The notes under the pieces: generated by a model | What the model was told of the DNA's origin: nothing | Databases searched by the model: none | Seen by the model: the letters and a program-made list of their open reading frames with translations, nothing else | DNA from: Acetofilamentum sp. | Lineage (GTDB): Bacteria > Bacteroidota > Bacteroidia > Bacteroidales > JAFGXI01 | Assembly: GCA_020720565.1 (NCBI GenBank) | Contig: DYOK01000001.1 | Coordinates: forward strand, 7,334 to 71,333 | DNA length: 64,000 nt | Direction: 5' to 3' | Part shown: positions 45,731 through 55,656 of the stretch, one piece after another | How the letters are laid out: each line of letters opens with the position of its first letter | Position numbering within the stretch: the first letter of the stretch is position 1 | Position numbers and translations under genes: made by a program

Positions 45731-48433
45731 TTAGCTCTGAATAAAAGAAATATTTAATATCCTGTCGATTGAACCATATTCGTCTAAAATTGGTGAATAG
45801 GTTTCGTTTAAAAGGATACTATCTCCATTATTCAAATGAACTGTGGCAAGTCTCGAAACTACTTCTTTGTCTTTTAACTTAGACCATATGGCTCCTAATT
45901 CGGCTTCGTAATCTTCTGAATGATAGAAATCACGATGATTTAAGCCAATAATTGTTGACCTATCTGCAATCCCAAAAGATTCGAGAACTTTATCGTTTAC
46001 ATTTAACACTTCACCTTCGAGATTAAAATATACCACGAGTGCTGCGGCATCAATTGCTGAAGTTAAACTCACCAACTCAGCTTCTTTTTTGCCCATTTCT
46101 TCTTGGGTAGCAAGCATTTCTTCCATGTTTTGACGCATCTCTTCCTCTTGTGCTTGCATCTCTTCGTGTTGTTGCGAGATCTGTTGCTGACTCATCACTT
46201 CTTCAGTAATATCAAACGAAATGTTTAATACTTTTGATACCCTTTGATGGGCATCATAAACGGGTGTATAAGTTTCGTTTAACCAAATGACATCTCCTTT
46301 TGGGGTTCTAATTTGTCCTTTTCTGGCAATAATTTGCCCATTTTCAAGTTCAGACCAGATTCTATCGTTTTGAACCTCATCATCTACATTGATATAAAAA
46401 TCTCTATGATTGGCTCCAATGATTTCGTCCTTAGATTTTAACCCAAACAAATCGATAATTTTTTTATTGACGGTAAGAATATTTCCATACAAGTCGAATT
46501 CAGCGACCAATGACGAGACATTTAATGCATTTACAACACCTGTAAGTTCAGATTCTTTTCGAGCCATTTCCTCCTGTGTAGCTTGCATTTCTTCTAAATT
46601 CTGACGCATTTCTTCTTCTTGAGCAGACAATTCTTCTGCTTGTTGCCTTGATTGTTCGAGTAGTTCTTTGGTTTGCTGATTGATTTGTTGACGACCAATA
46701 GCTTGAGCAATATTTTGGGCAATTTTTTCACAAAACTCTAATTCGAATGGTTCGAAGGTTCTAAATGAGGCTAATTCGAGAACACCGTAAAGTTCATTTT
46801 CAGATATTAATGGCAACATAAGTAGAGCACTGGGGGGCGCTTCCCCCAATCCAGATGTGATGCTGATGTAATTTTGAGGCAAATCTGTTAAATAGGTCAT
46901 TTTACCTTCTAAGGCCGTGTTTCCAAGCAATCCATCTCCAACTTTAATTTCTTTGTTAAGAAATTTCCTTCTATCATATGCGTATGCAGATTTTAAGAAT
47001 AAGGTTTCTTTATCTTTAGCTAGTAAAAAGAAGGCTCCTTGGTTTACGTCTAAATAAGAAATCAAATTGGACAATATATTATAAGTATATGACTCGATGT
47101 CCATTTCGTTATCTTGCAAAATTGCAACAAACTTGGCATTACCTTCCACCATCCATTTTCTTTGTTCTTCTAATTTGGCTTGATGTTGCATTTCTTCAGC
47201 TACATTTTTAAGTTTATCCCGAACTTGCAATAAAGTATTACCCAGCAAATCGTCCTCACTTAAAGCTTCAAAAGTTGAGTTATAATTTTCGTTTCCGATT
47301 TCGATAGTAAAATGTGCCATTTTCTTTAATCCATCGCTAACAGTAATTAAAGTATTTTGCATCTCACCCACTTCGTCATTAGATTGAATCGATTTAGAAT
47401 CTGAAATTTTTCCGTTCGATAAGTCGTTTAAATTTCTAGTTACTCTTTTAATAGGAATAATTATAAACATTCTAATTACAATAAACAAGGTTACAATAGC
47501 TAGAAGGAAAATCATAATACCAATAAAAAACAAGCTATATGAGGACGCATTCATATTGGTAATAAAATCTTTTTTACTGTTTTGATAAACCAAAACACCT
47601 AAAACTTCGTTGTCAAAGCTAGTAATTGGTATTTGCAAATAGTTATTAATTTTGTCAAATTCGATGCGTTTGTTTTTATTTTCGGATTGATATATTTTGT
47701 TAAAGTTTTCTCGATTAAAATTGGAAGTTGAAAATACAATTAAATCTTCTTGAATAAAGTTTGAAGCGACTTGTGCCCCTTCTACTTTAGACATCATATT
47801 TACATATTCCTTACTTATTATCAGTGCGTATGATTCGTAATCGCTAGGTTTTAATTCTTTAATTAATTCTATAAATGGCGAGTTAACTTCTAATGCACCA
47901 ATAAATTGCCCTCTAACAATAACAGGACTAATCCCTCTTATATCAATTCCATACTTACCAACTTCGAGACCCTGAATTGATTTTTTATCTTCAAATATTT
48001 TTTGAATGGCCTTTCTTTTTTGTAGTACATTATCACCTTTTTCCGACGATCTGGATCTAAAAAGCACAATCCCAGGATGGGCATAACAATTAATTGGAGG
48101 TACTTCAATTTTTGACTGATTAGCCCCAAACTTAATTCGGTCGATTTCTGAATTAATTAGACTCCAAGATGTATCAATCTTCTGGGTTTGGTTATAAACA
48201 GTAAAAGCAGCCCTAATTGCATAAGAATTCGCCAAAGTATTTGAATAGTGAGCTAAAAAGCTCTCTTTACTCGCTAATATTTCTGTTACAGATTTTTCTT
48301 TGCTCGATAAAACTTTTTTCATTTCAGCCTCAAAAGTTTCGACAAGTATTCTTCTGTTTAAGAGATACATACTGCCGCCAAGCAAAACCAAAGAGAGTAT
48401 AATTGGTAAAAAAATCTTTGTTTGTAATTTCAT
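45731..48433 (-). CDS. Membrane sensor protein: periplasmic Cache-like domain, TM, HAMP, GAF, then two coiled-coil+PAS modules; no recognisable output domain
   Basis: N-terminal TM, ~270-aa extracytoplasmic region, second TM, HAMP-like segment (SNDEVGEMQ) and GAF-like block. Duplicated (Q/E-rich EEMRQNxEEMxATQEEM + PAS) modules run to the C-terminus. Confidence 0.8.
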   Translation of the reverse strand: MKLQTKIFLPIILSLVLLGGSMYLLNRRILVETFEAEMKKVLSSKEKSVTEILASKESFLAHYSNTLANSYAIRAAFTVYNQTQKIDTSWSLINSEIDRIKFGANQSKIEVPPINCYAHPGIVLFRSRSSEKGDNVLQKRKAIQKIFEDKKSIQGLEVGKYGIDIRGISPVIVRGQFIGALEVNSPFIELIKELKPSDYESYALIISKEYVNMMSKVEGAQVASNFIQEDLIVFSTSNFNRENFNKIYQSENKNKRIEFDKINNYLQIPITSFDNEVLGVLVYQNSKKDFITNMNASSYSLFFIGIMIFLLAIVTLFIVIRMFIIIPIKRVTRNLNDLSNGKISDSKSIQSNDEVGEMQNTLITVSDGLKKMAHFTIEIGNENYNSTFEALSEDDLLGNTLLQVRDKLKNVAEEMQHQAKLEEQRKWMVEGNAKFVAILQDNEMDIESYTYNILSNLISYLDVNQGAFFLLAKDKETLFLKSAYAYDRRKFLNKEIKVGDGLLGNTALEGKMTYLTDLPQNYISITSGLGEAPPSALLMLPLISENELYGVLELASFRTFEPFELEFCEKIAQNIAQAIGRQQINQQTKELLEQSRQQAEELSAQEEEMRQNLEEMQATQEEMARKESELTGVVNALNVSSLVAEFDLYGNILTVNKKIIDLFGLKSKDEIIGANHRDFYINVDDEVQNDRIWSELENGQIIARKGQIRTPKGDVIWLNETYTPVYDAHQRVSKVLNISFDITEEVMSQQQISQQHEEMQAQEEEMRQNMEEMLATQEEMGKKEAELVSLTSAIDAAALVVYFNLEGEVLNVNDKVLESFGIADRSTIIGLNHRDFYHSEDYEAELGAIWSKLKDKEVVSRLATVHLNNGDSILLNETYSPILDEYGSIDRILNISFIQS

Positions 48434-48547
48434 AGCTTATGGGAAACTTATTGGGTCAAAAGAATAAATTTGGGTTAAACATCCTTATTTACAAAAGTAT
48501 ACGAAAAAATTATGAATAATAAAATTTTTTTGACCAAATTGGTATTT

Positions 48548-50011
48548 CTATGGTTTTTTATCAGGTTCTTTGGCAATAAAACTAAGTACTTTAATTTCAA
48601 AGCCTTCCTGCAGTGATGGTGCTGGGGTCAGCATTATTTTCCCTTCTTTTCCAATTAAATGGTATTGTGGCCAGGTTATTAAATTGAAATTTTCGAGCAA
48701 ATTTCTGCTTTTCCCGATATGATAAATTGGCCATTTGTATATTGTAGTATCAATCTTCGAAACAAAGTCAATTGTTTCGTCGGTAAAAACGGTAACAACC
48801 TCAATGTTTTTCTCATGTTCCGAATAAAATGCTTTTAATCGATCCATATCTTCGATGCAATTATGCAAATCGCTACGCATAAAATTCAAATAAATCAGTT
48901 TATCATGATATTGATATAATTCCTCTTCCTTTCCTTCTCTATTGGTTAAAATTAAATTAGGCACTTTTTCGGGAAGTTTATTTAAAATGGTTTCTTTCTT
49001 TTTGATAATTTGATTGGCAATTTTTTTTATTTCGGCATGCTGCGTTAATATTACCATTGAATCTAAAATCAAATGCAATTGCGGACGTGGAAATCTTTTT
49101 AGATACTTTGGCTTCGAATGAAATAATTCATCGTGAATTCCTTTGAGAATAACCAGCTCTAGAATCTCATCGGATTGTATTCGCTCTTTGCTTTTAATTA
49201 GTTCCTTAATTTTTGATGGACTTCTTGAATATTGTATCAAATTCTCCAATTCTTCGACTTCGAATCGGTTATTATATTGTACAAAATAATCTTCAAACAA
49301 AATATTAAACAAATTCATATAGGCGACATTATAATATAAAATCGGATATGGATTATCGAAATAATTAGTTACCATATAGTTTCTATCTCTATTAGGGCCA
49401 TAAAACTTTATCTCGTTGAGTTTATAAAAAATATAATTTTTAAAATACATCTGATTAACCTCGCTGTAATAATTGTTGATTTTAGTTTCAAATTTTGAAA
49501 CAACTTTGAACTGTGGATAGTGAACAATTGAGTCGTACTTTCGAATTAAAAAGTCGTTGTATATTTCATCAAAGTTCTTTATTAATCGATTAAGTTCTTC
49601 TTTTTGTTCAGATTTTGCAACCAAACGAATAAGTTCCATTTCAAAATATGGATTTAATTCTTCAGCTTTAGATTTATCTTTTTTTGGTGGGAAAATAAAT
49701 TCGTAGTTCTTTTGTGAGGGATCAATGTAAAATACTAAATGATATACGCCTAAAAAAGTATGGATCTGTGAAATCTTATTCTCTTTTATTTTAAAACTAA
49801 AAGCGCCATTTTCATTTGTCTTAACAACCGAAATTGTATCAATATCAAAGGTTACATAATCGGAATAAGACCAAAAAACAATAGTTTCGTTGTGATAATC
49901 GGAACTTTGAATTTTAATAGTAGTTTGGGCAATACTTTCAATTCTAAATAAAATCAAAATTGTAAATAATAAAATTATGTTATTTCGAAAAAGAAAATTA
50001 TTTTTTTTCAT
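48548..50011 (-). CDS. Secreted protein with C-terminal TlpA/AhpC-TSA-like thioredoxin fold lacking CxxC
   Basis: Signal peptide after the ATG at 50011. C-terminal pattern LIYLNFMRSDLHNC...IEVVTVFTDE...WPQYHLIGKEGKI fits a TlpA-like fold, with WCxxC degraded to DLHNC. Confidence 0.6.
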   Translation of the reverse strand: MKKNNFLFRNNIILLFTILILFRIESIAQTTIKIQSSDYHNETIVFWSYSDYVTFDIDTISVVKTNENGAFSFKIKENKISQIHTFLGVYHLVFYIDPSQKNYEFIFPPKKDKSKAEELNPYFEMELIRLVAKSEQKEELNRLIKNFDEIYNDFLIRKYDSIVHYPQFKVVSKFETKINNYYSEVNQMYFKNYIFYKLNEIKFYGPNRDRNYMVTNYFDNPYPILYYNVAYMNLFNILFEDYFVQYNNRFEVEELENLIQYSRSPSKIKELIKSKERIQSDEILELVILKGIHDELFHSKPKYLKRFPRPQLHLILDSMVILTQHAEIKKIANQIIKKKETILNKLPEKVPNLILTNREGKEEELYQYHDKLIYLNFMRSDLHNCIEDMDRLKAFYSEHEKNIEVVTVFTDETIDFVSKIDTTIYKWPIYHIGKSRNLLENFNLITWPQYHLIGKEGKIMLTPAPSLQEGFEIKVLSFIAKEPDKKP

Positions 50012-50062
50012 GATTCTATTTTTAATACAATTTGCATTTACCGTCAAGCAACAGATTTTAAA

Positions 50063-50548
50063 TTATTGATGTTTCGAAATCGATATTTTAATTCCGTTTG
50101 GCAAAAAATCGCTGACATCTCCCCCATGTCGAACAATATCTCTGACTATGGTTGAACTTATTGGTGTATGTTCTGGTTTGGTAAGCAGAAAAACGGTTTC
50201 GATATGTGGATGCATCAGTTTATTCATCTGTGCAATGGAACATTCGTAGTCGAAATCGACCGAAGTCCTTAATCCTCTTAAAATAAATTGAGCCCCTTGA
50301 TCGTTACAACAATCAACTGTGAGTCCTTGATATTGAATTACTTCTATTTTATTTTCGCCATAAAACGCTTGTTTTATCCAGTCGACTCGGTCTTCTAATT
50401 TAAAAAATCCCGTCTTATTTGAATTGTATCCAATGGCAATAATAATTTTGTCGAACATAGGTAAAGCCCGTTGAACAATGTCAAAATGACCGATTGTAAA
50501 AGGGTCGAATGAACCTGGAAACAAGGCAATTCTTAGATTATTATTCAT
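50063..50548 (-). CDS. coaD: Phosphopantetheine adenylyltransferase
   Basis: ALFPGSFDPFTIGHFDIV and ISSTIVR motifs. Confidence 0.93.
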   Translation of the reverse strand: MNNNLRIALFPGSFDPFTIGHFDIVQRALPMFDKIIIAIGYNSNKTGFFKLEDRVDWIKQAFYGENKIEVIQYQGLTVDCCNDQGAQFILRGLRTSVDFDYECSIAQMNKLMHPHIETVFLLTKPEHTPISSTIVRDIVRHGGDVSDFLPNGIKISISKHQ

Positions 50549-51281
50549 AAAGATATTCTAAATTGTATATTTTTTGAAGCGAATGCACCATGCGAGAACC
50601 ATACCAAGAAAATACTTCTCCATCGACAAATTTAACATTTGAATTTGGAAATAGTGTTCTAAATTCTTCTAAATGTGTTCTTTTGAATAAAAATGGCTCA
50701 GATGATAAAAATATATTTTGTGGATTTAAATTCATAATTTCTTGATATTCTATCACGGGATAGCGTTTTTTTTCAATCAAATTGGTATAGCCTGCATGTT
50801 GTAACATATTGTCGATAAAAGTCGATTGACCAACGACCATTAGCGGTTTATACCAAATCAGATAAACTACACTTTCTAACTTAAACTTGGTTTTTTGTTT
50901 CAAAAGTTGCTTAATGTTTTCGAGTAAAGAATCGCCGTCGGTTAAAACGCCACAAACTTCTGATATTTTATGAATTGCAGTTAGAGCCGACTCAATATTG
51001 AATATATCGAGTACTAATACATTGAATTGCTGCGATAATAAATCGATTTGAGCTTTATTGTTTTCTTCTTTTACCGAAATAATTAGATCGGGTTTGAGAG
51101 CGATTACTTTATTAATGTCAATTGTTTTTGGGCCGCCAATTTGTTCAATTTGCGAAATTTTGTCAGCCGGATGTATGCAAAAATTTGTGCGTCCGATCAA
51201 TTTTTCGCCCAATTTCAAATCGAATAACAATTCGGTAATCGATGGAACCAGTGATATAATTCTTTTTGGAAAAGTCTTCAT
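50541..51281 (-). CDS. BtuF-like (helical-backbone, cobalamin/siderophore-type) substrate-binding protein without signal peptide
   Basis: RIISLVPSITELLFDL...GRTNFC and the DLII pattern fit class III periplasmic-binding-protein folds. It overlaps the coaD start by 8 nt. Confidence 0.75.
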   Translation of the reverse strand: MKTFPKRIISLVPSITELLFDLKLGEKLIGRTNFCIHPADKISQIEQIGGPKTIDINKVIALKPDLIISVKEENNKAQIDLLSQQFNVLVLDIFNIESALTAIHKISEVCGVLTDGDSLLENIKQLLKQKTKFKLESVVYLIWYKPLMVVGQSTFIDNMLQHAGYTNLIEKKRYPVIEYQEIMNLNPQNIFLSSEPFLFKRTHLEEFRTLFPNSNVKFVDGEVFSWYGSRMVHSLQKIYNLEYLYE

Positions 51282-51476
51282 TGGTGTGAAAAAGCAAATC
51301 TCGTTAATATAACTAACTTCATTTTAAATGTGTAAGCAATTTGAAAATTCTGATTCGCTTAGCAATGAATTATTTTAACGAGATTTTGCATGATTAAATA
51401 ATATCGTTTACAATGTCTGTTGTCAAATAGATTGGAATCTAAAAAACTTTCATACGATTGTAGAATTTACGTTTTT

Positions 51477-52223
51477 TTAAGTTTGCATCGCACCACAAAC
51501 GGTCAACACTTGCCCACTTACATAAGAAGACAAATCGGACGCAAAGAAAAGAGCTACTTTTGCTACCTCCTCTGGAGTTCCTCCCCTACGAAGTGGAATT
51601 TTCTCGAACCAGCCTTCTACAACTTCTTTGGGTAAAGTACCAGTCATCTCGGTAATGATAAAGCCTGGTGCAATTGCATTACAACGTACATTGCGTGAGC
51701 CTAACTCTTTTGCAATTGATTTTGTGAAGCCAATCATACCTGCTTTGGAAGCCGAATAATTAGATTGACCCGCATTTCCACCCACACCAACTACAGAGCT
51801 CATATTAACAATGGAACCACTTTTTTGTTTTAGCATCACTTTTTGGACTGCCTTGGTCATGTTAAATATTGATTTTAAATTGACGTTTAAAACCAAATCC
51901 CATTGCTCCTCGGTCATTCTCATCAATAAATTATCTTTTGTTATACCCGCATTGTTAATTAACGCATCAATTCGGCCAAAATCTTCGGCAATTTTATCGA
52001 CAGTAACTTGGCAGTCGTTAAAATCGGCTGCATTCGAAACATAGCCTTTGGCTTTAACACCCATTGCATTGAGCTCTTTTTCTAACGAAGTAAAATTCTC
52101 GTCTTCGCGAATATCGGTAAAGGCCACATTTGCACCTTCTTGCGCAAACATCATGGCAATGGCTTTACCAATTCCTCTTGAGCCACCGGTTACGATAGCT
52201 ACTTTACCTTGAAGTAATCCCAT
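51477..52223 (-). CDS. fabG: 3-oxoacyl-[acyl-carrier-protein] reductase
   Basis: SDR motifs TGGSRGIGKAIA, NNAG and YSASKAG. The FabG-like C-terminus ends QVLTVCGAM. Confidence 0.92.
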   Translation of the reverse strand: MGLLQGKVAIVTGGSRGIGKAIAMMFAQEGANVAFTDIREDENFTSLEKELNAMGVKAKGYVSNAADFNDCQVTVDKIAEDFGRIDALINNAGITKDNLLMRMTEEQWDLVLNVNLKSIFNMTKAVQKVMLKQKSGSIVNMSSVVGVGGNAGQSNYSASKAGMIGFTKSIAKELGSRNVRCNAIAPGFIITEMTGTLPKEVVEGWFEKIPLRRGGTPEEVAKVALFFASDLSSYVSGQVLTVCGAMQT

Positions 52224-52334
52224 ATATCAAATTATTATTTTTTGTAAAGATACTCGAATGATAAAAATTTCAAAACATCGAGACTTAAAAAAGTGTGTAA
52301 TATTCTCATCTCGATAAGATATTCCTTGTTAATG

Positions 52335-52934
52335 CTAATCGTCGAGATAGATAGATCCTTTTAAGTTCGTTATTTTCCATCGTTTAAAATCTTCATCAGC
52401 AACGAATCCAATTCCAAAAAAGATTTCGTTCTTGGTATGAATTTTAACATATTTATCGGAATATATTTTCTTTGTATTCTGATCCCAATATACCAACTCG
52501 GTACGAATGGTATCATTGTCTTCGTTAACGGCTACTACGTTGCCTTTGGCCTCCCATAGTTTTTGATCGATTTTATGCTTCGCAAAATTGCAAGTTAAAT
52601 ATGATTCGACATTGGGGAAATTATGGTATGTAGTCACCGTAATCCCTTTATTGTAAATCTCGTAAGGGTTTTGTTCTAGTTGTGTATAGCGTTCCATTTC
52701 GGGTGCTGCTACTTTTAAAACAACTTTACCAGAGTCTGTTCTTAGAATTTCGATATTTTTGGCTTGTTGTAGTGGTAAAGATTTATAATCAATCATTTTT
52801 TTAATTTCTTCCATGTCGTTCGAACACGAAAGCAAAAGCATCAGACTCGAAATGAGTCCAATGCTTTTAAAAGTAATATTTTTTTTTGTACACAAAATTA
52901 AAATCTTGCAATAGTGGTTTCTTGAATCCAACAT
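52335..52934 (-). CDS. lptC: LptC-like LPS export periplasmic protein (lipoprotein; start uncertain)
   Basis: Lipobox LLLSCS followed by an OstA/LptC-like beta-jellyroll pattern. The listed start overlaps the upstream gene by 37 nt, so a later TTG start is possible. Confidence 0.7.
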   Translation of the reverse strand: MLDSRNHYCKILILCTKKNITFKSIGLISSLMLLLSCSNDMEEIKKMIDYKSLPLQQAKNIEILRTDSGKVVLKVAAPEMERYTQLEQNPYEIYNKGITVTTYHNFPNVESYLTCNFAKHKIDQKLWEAKGNVVAVNEDNDTIRTELVYWDQNTKKIYSDKYVKIHTKNEIFFGIGFVADEDFKRWKITNLKGSIYLDD

Positions 52935-54217
52935 TCAACTTTAACTGTAGTACCCTCTGTTACGTTGTATGCAAATCCATCTTCTCTATTTGGAAAATGA
53001 TTTTTATAGCTTGCAATCAAACTATTGGCTTCGTTGGCCACTTTACTATCGATGCTTTTGGCATAGTTAAATTTGTCAACTGCAGCCCAGAATACGGTTT
53101 TTTGATGAAAAGGATCATCTCCACAACTTGCTGCTGATGAGGCGTAAAGTTTTCCAATCAAAATATAAGGATCTCCCCAACCAGATCTGTGTGATGCTGC
53201 CTTTAAGGCGTACGAACGAGAAGTAGATGGTGAACCACTTGAGATAATAGCCAATTCGTAATAATATTGTGCTTTTGTTTGTTGATTTGTTTCCAACTCA
53301 ATAGCTTTTAGATAAAATTCGCTTGCTTTGTTAAATTCTTTTTTAGAAGCTGCCATCTTTGCAATATTATAAGCGGCATTGGCCGAAGGGGAAAGCTCGT
53401 ACAATTTTATTGAAGCATCGAAAAACAATTTTGAATCGGTACATCCCCCTTTATCGAGGTACTTAGTAATGTTCGTCAATAAATCGACATCGTTTGGATT
53501 GGCTTGAAATTTAGAAGTAAAATGTCCTATCAACACATCGCAACTACCAGCTCCAGTGGCAATAAATAATTTTCCAAGATTATCTTCGATCGCTTTATAT
53601 TGATTGTATTTTGCTGTATCGTCTTTGGCTGTTTCGAGTAATAAAGAAAGTGCATTTGTAGTCACCGAAAAGTCTTGCACTACTTGACCCGCATCAATCT
53701 TTTTAGCTTTATACAAATCTGCTGATGCATTCATGTAATTTTGTAGTACAGCGGGTTGAACTTTTTCTTTACATAATTCGATAGAACGAGCCATCATATC
53801 GTGTGCTTTATCGGTCGATTCTTTTTCAAATTGGTATAAATCATTTCCTTTTCGACCTAATACATTGCCTTCTTCACCAAAATATTTAATTCGTATATCG
53901 TAAATCAGCATTAAAGTGTCGATTAGTCCTTTTTTAACTGTTGCATTTTTTTCCTTCACAATCATATCGGAATACATTTTTACACCGTCGACATACATTT
54001 TTTTTGAAGATTGAGGGCATTCAGCAAAAACTCTACGCCAAGCACTGATGGCATCGGTATAATTTTTTTGTTTAACAAACTCGTTATACTCCGATAAATC
54101 TCTTTTACATTGTTCTGGATTGGCACCATATTTTGTATCATCTGATTGTGCCAAAACATTCAAACTGAAGAGGCTAAATGCAATTAAAAAACTGGTTTTA
54201 AAAATTAAATTTTTCAT
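52898..54217 (-). CDS. Secreted TPR-like helical repeat protein
   Basis: Signal peptide (LNVLAQSDD) followed by an all-helical repeat composition (KAIELETNQQTKAQYYYELA). Confidence 0.6.
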   Translation of the reverse strand: MKNLIFKTSFLIAFSLFSLNVLAQSDDTKYGANPEQCKRDLSEYNEFVKQKNYTDAISAWRRVFAECPQSSKKMYVDGVKMYSDMIVKEKNATVKKGLIDTLMLIYDIRIKYFGEEGNVLGRKGNDLYQFEKESTDKAHDMMARSIELCKEKVQPAVLQNYMNASADLYKAKKIDAGQVVQDFSVTTNALSLLLETAKDDTAKYNQYKAIEDNLGKLFIATGAGSCDVLIGHFTSKFQANPNDVDLLTNITKYLDKGGCTDSKLFFDASIKLYELSPSANAAYNIAKMAASKKEFNKASEFYLKAIELETNQQTKAQYYYELAIISSGSPSTSRSYALKAASHRSGWGDPYILIGKLYASSAASCGDDPFHQKTVFWAAVDKFNYAKSIDSKVANEANSLIASYKNHFPNREDGFAYNVTEGTTVKVECWIQETTIARF

Positions 54218-54366
54218 GTGTCTATAATTTATTTCTAATTCTCACATGTAACTCGCCAGGGATTTTTCAGCTTTGTGTAAAATGCCTTCGAATGGCTCGT
54301 TTCAGTGGTTAAATTGTTTCTAGCTCAGTGAGCGTTAATTACTATTATTTGATGCTATTGCAAATA

Positions 54367-55656
54367 TTAATCGTACTTACGTTTTATAAACCAAATATCG
54401 TGTAAGGATACATCAACTCCAAATTTGATATAGTTTTGATTTAATAAATTAGATTCGAACAAACCGCGTCTACCAAGTTCCACCATTATATTGAGACTTG
54501 TTTTAGAACGTTTCATGGGCAAGCTCACACCAAAAGTTATGCCAACTTCTTTTATTTGTTCATCAACACCTTCTGTAACATCGACAACATTAATATAACC
54601 CAGTTCATATTTACCACCTAATCTATATCTCATTCTCGAAAGATAATTGCGTGGTGTTCTAGGATTTGGAATTAGTTCTGCCCCTATAACAAATTTGTGC
54701 GTATTCTTGTATGTTTCCCCTTCCCGTAGTCTAGGTATCTGACTCCATGCTTTGGTTTGATAGTCGAATCCAAATAAGATTGATTCTGAATAAATACTAA
54801 ATCCGCCGCCCCAAAACATTGGCTGTGTAAAGTTTTCGTTTAAAGTGTTAGAAAAAAGTGTATCATCTTTATGTCCAATTGAACTCGAAATTTGTAATAC
54901 ATCCGATTTTGTCTTAATATCTTTTTCGAGACCCAATACACCGCCTATTGTAAAATGGTATTTCTGATCTAACTTATCGTTATATTGAAAACCAAATGAA
55001 TAATTAAAATCACTTAATTTATTGGTTCTGGTATCAATAAATTTAGATACGCTATTATTATCCGCCTCAGGTTGGTCATAAATTTGTGTAGTAATCTTTC
55101 CAAATACATAGGACCCTTTAAAGCCAAGACTTAATTTTTTAAATAGCTCTATCGAATAATCGAGATATATTTGATTTACACCGCCCTGCCCCATAATGTC
55201 GCGCCGAATGGTGAATAAGGTTTCGGAGCCATCACTAACAGGTAGTTTTTCAACTAAATGATATCCTACTTTACTTAAAGGCACAAACCCAGCAGAAATT
55301 TTCATCCATTTAGTTATAGGTAAACCGATGGCTAAATAATCGATATTTCCGTTAAAAGACGATTCGTTAAAGTTTTTGGTTTGGAAGTTCGAATAGATTC
55401 CCGAGGCACCAAATTCGAAAAGAAAAGCCATAGTATCAATTCCTGATGAAGCTGCCGGATTTAAATTATTCAGAAAATAGGAACTTTGTAGACCAATTCC
55501 AAGTCCTGCCAAACCACGGTTTTGAGCAAAACCAGATTCGTTCAAATCTCCAATTCCTATGAATGAGTATGGTGAAGTGTGGGTTTGTTGTGCCCCTGCG
55601 TTGCTGCCTAAAAGACAAACCAAAACGAATAAAAATCCGACTATTTTATTTGACAT
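54367..55656 (-). CDS. Outer-membrane beta-barrel protein (putative porin)
   Basis: Signal peptide, alternating aromatic/hydrophilic beta-strand pattern, N-terminal SPYSFIGIGD. It overlaps the coaX stop by 11 nt. Confidence 0.6.
   Translation of the reverse strand: MSNKIVGFLFVLVCLLGSNAGAQQTHTSPYSFIGIGDLNESGFAQNRGLAGLGIGLQSSYFLNNLNPAASSGIDTMAFLFEFGASGIYSNFQTKNFNESSFNGNIDYLAIGLPITKWMKISAGFVPLSKVGYHLVEKLPVSDGSETLFTIRRDIMGQGGVNQIYLDYSIELFKKLSLGFKGSYVFGKITTQIYDQPEADNNSVSKFIDTRTNKLSDFNYSFGFQYNDKLDQKYHFTIGGVLGLEKDIKTKSDVLQISSSIGHKDDTLFSNTLNENFTQPMFWGGGFSIYSESILFGFDYQTKAWSQIPRLREGETYKNTHKFVIGAELIPNPRTPRNYLSRMRYRLGGKYELGYINVVDVTEGVDEQIKEVGITFGVSLPMKRSKTSLNIMVELGRRGLFESNLLNQNYIKFGVDVSLHDIWFIKRKYD

Noticed and set aside
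51282-51476. Cobalamin riboswitch upstream of the BtuF-like gene
   Set aside because: The spacer is very AT-rich, and I could not find a B12-box-like core (a GCCACTG-type segment) on either strand.
54218-54366. Locally GC-richer spacer between the porin-like and TPR-like genes as a structured RNA
   Set aside because: Only short, ambiguous pairings were found (GCTC...GAGC and a TTCGAA palindrome). No promoter box or terminator brackets the region, so the evidence is insufficient.
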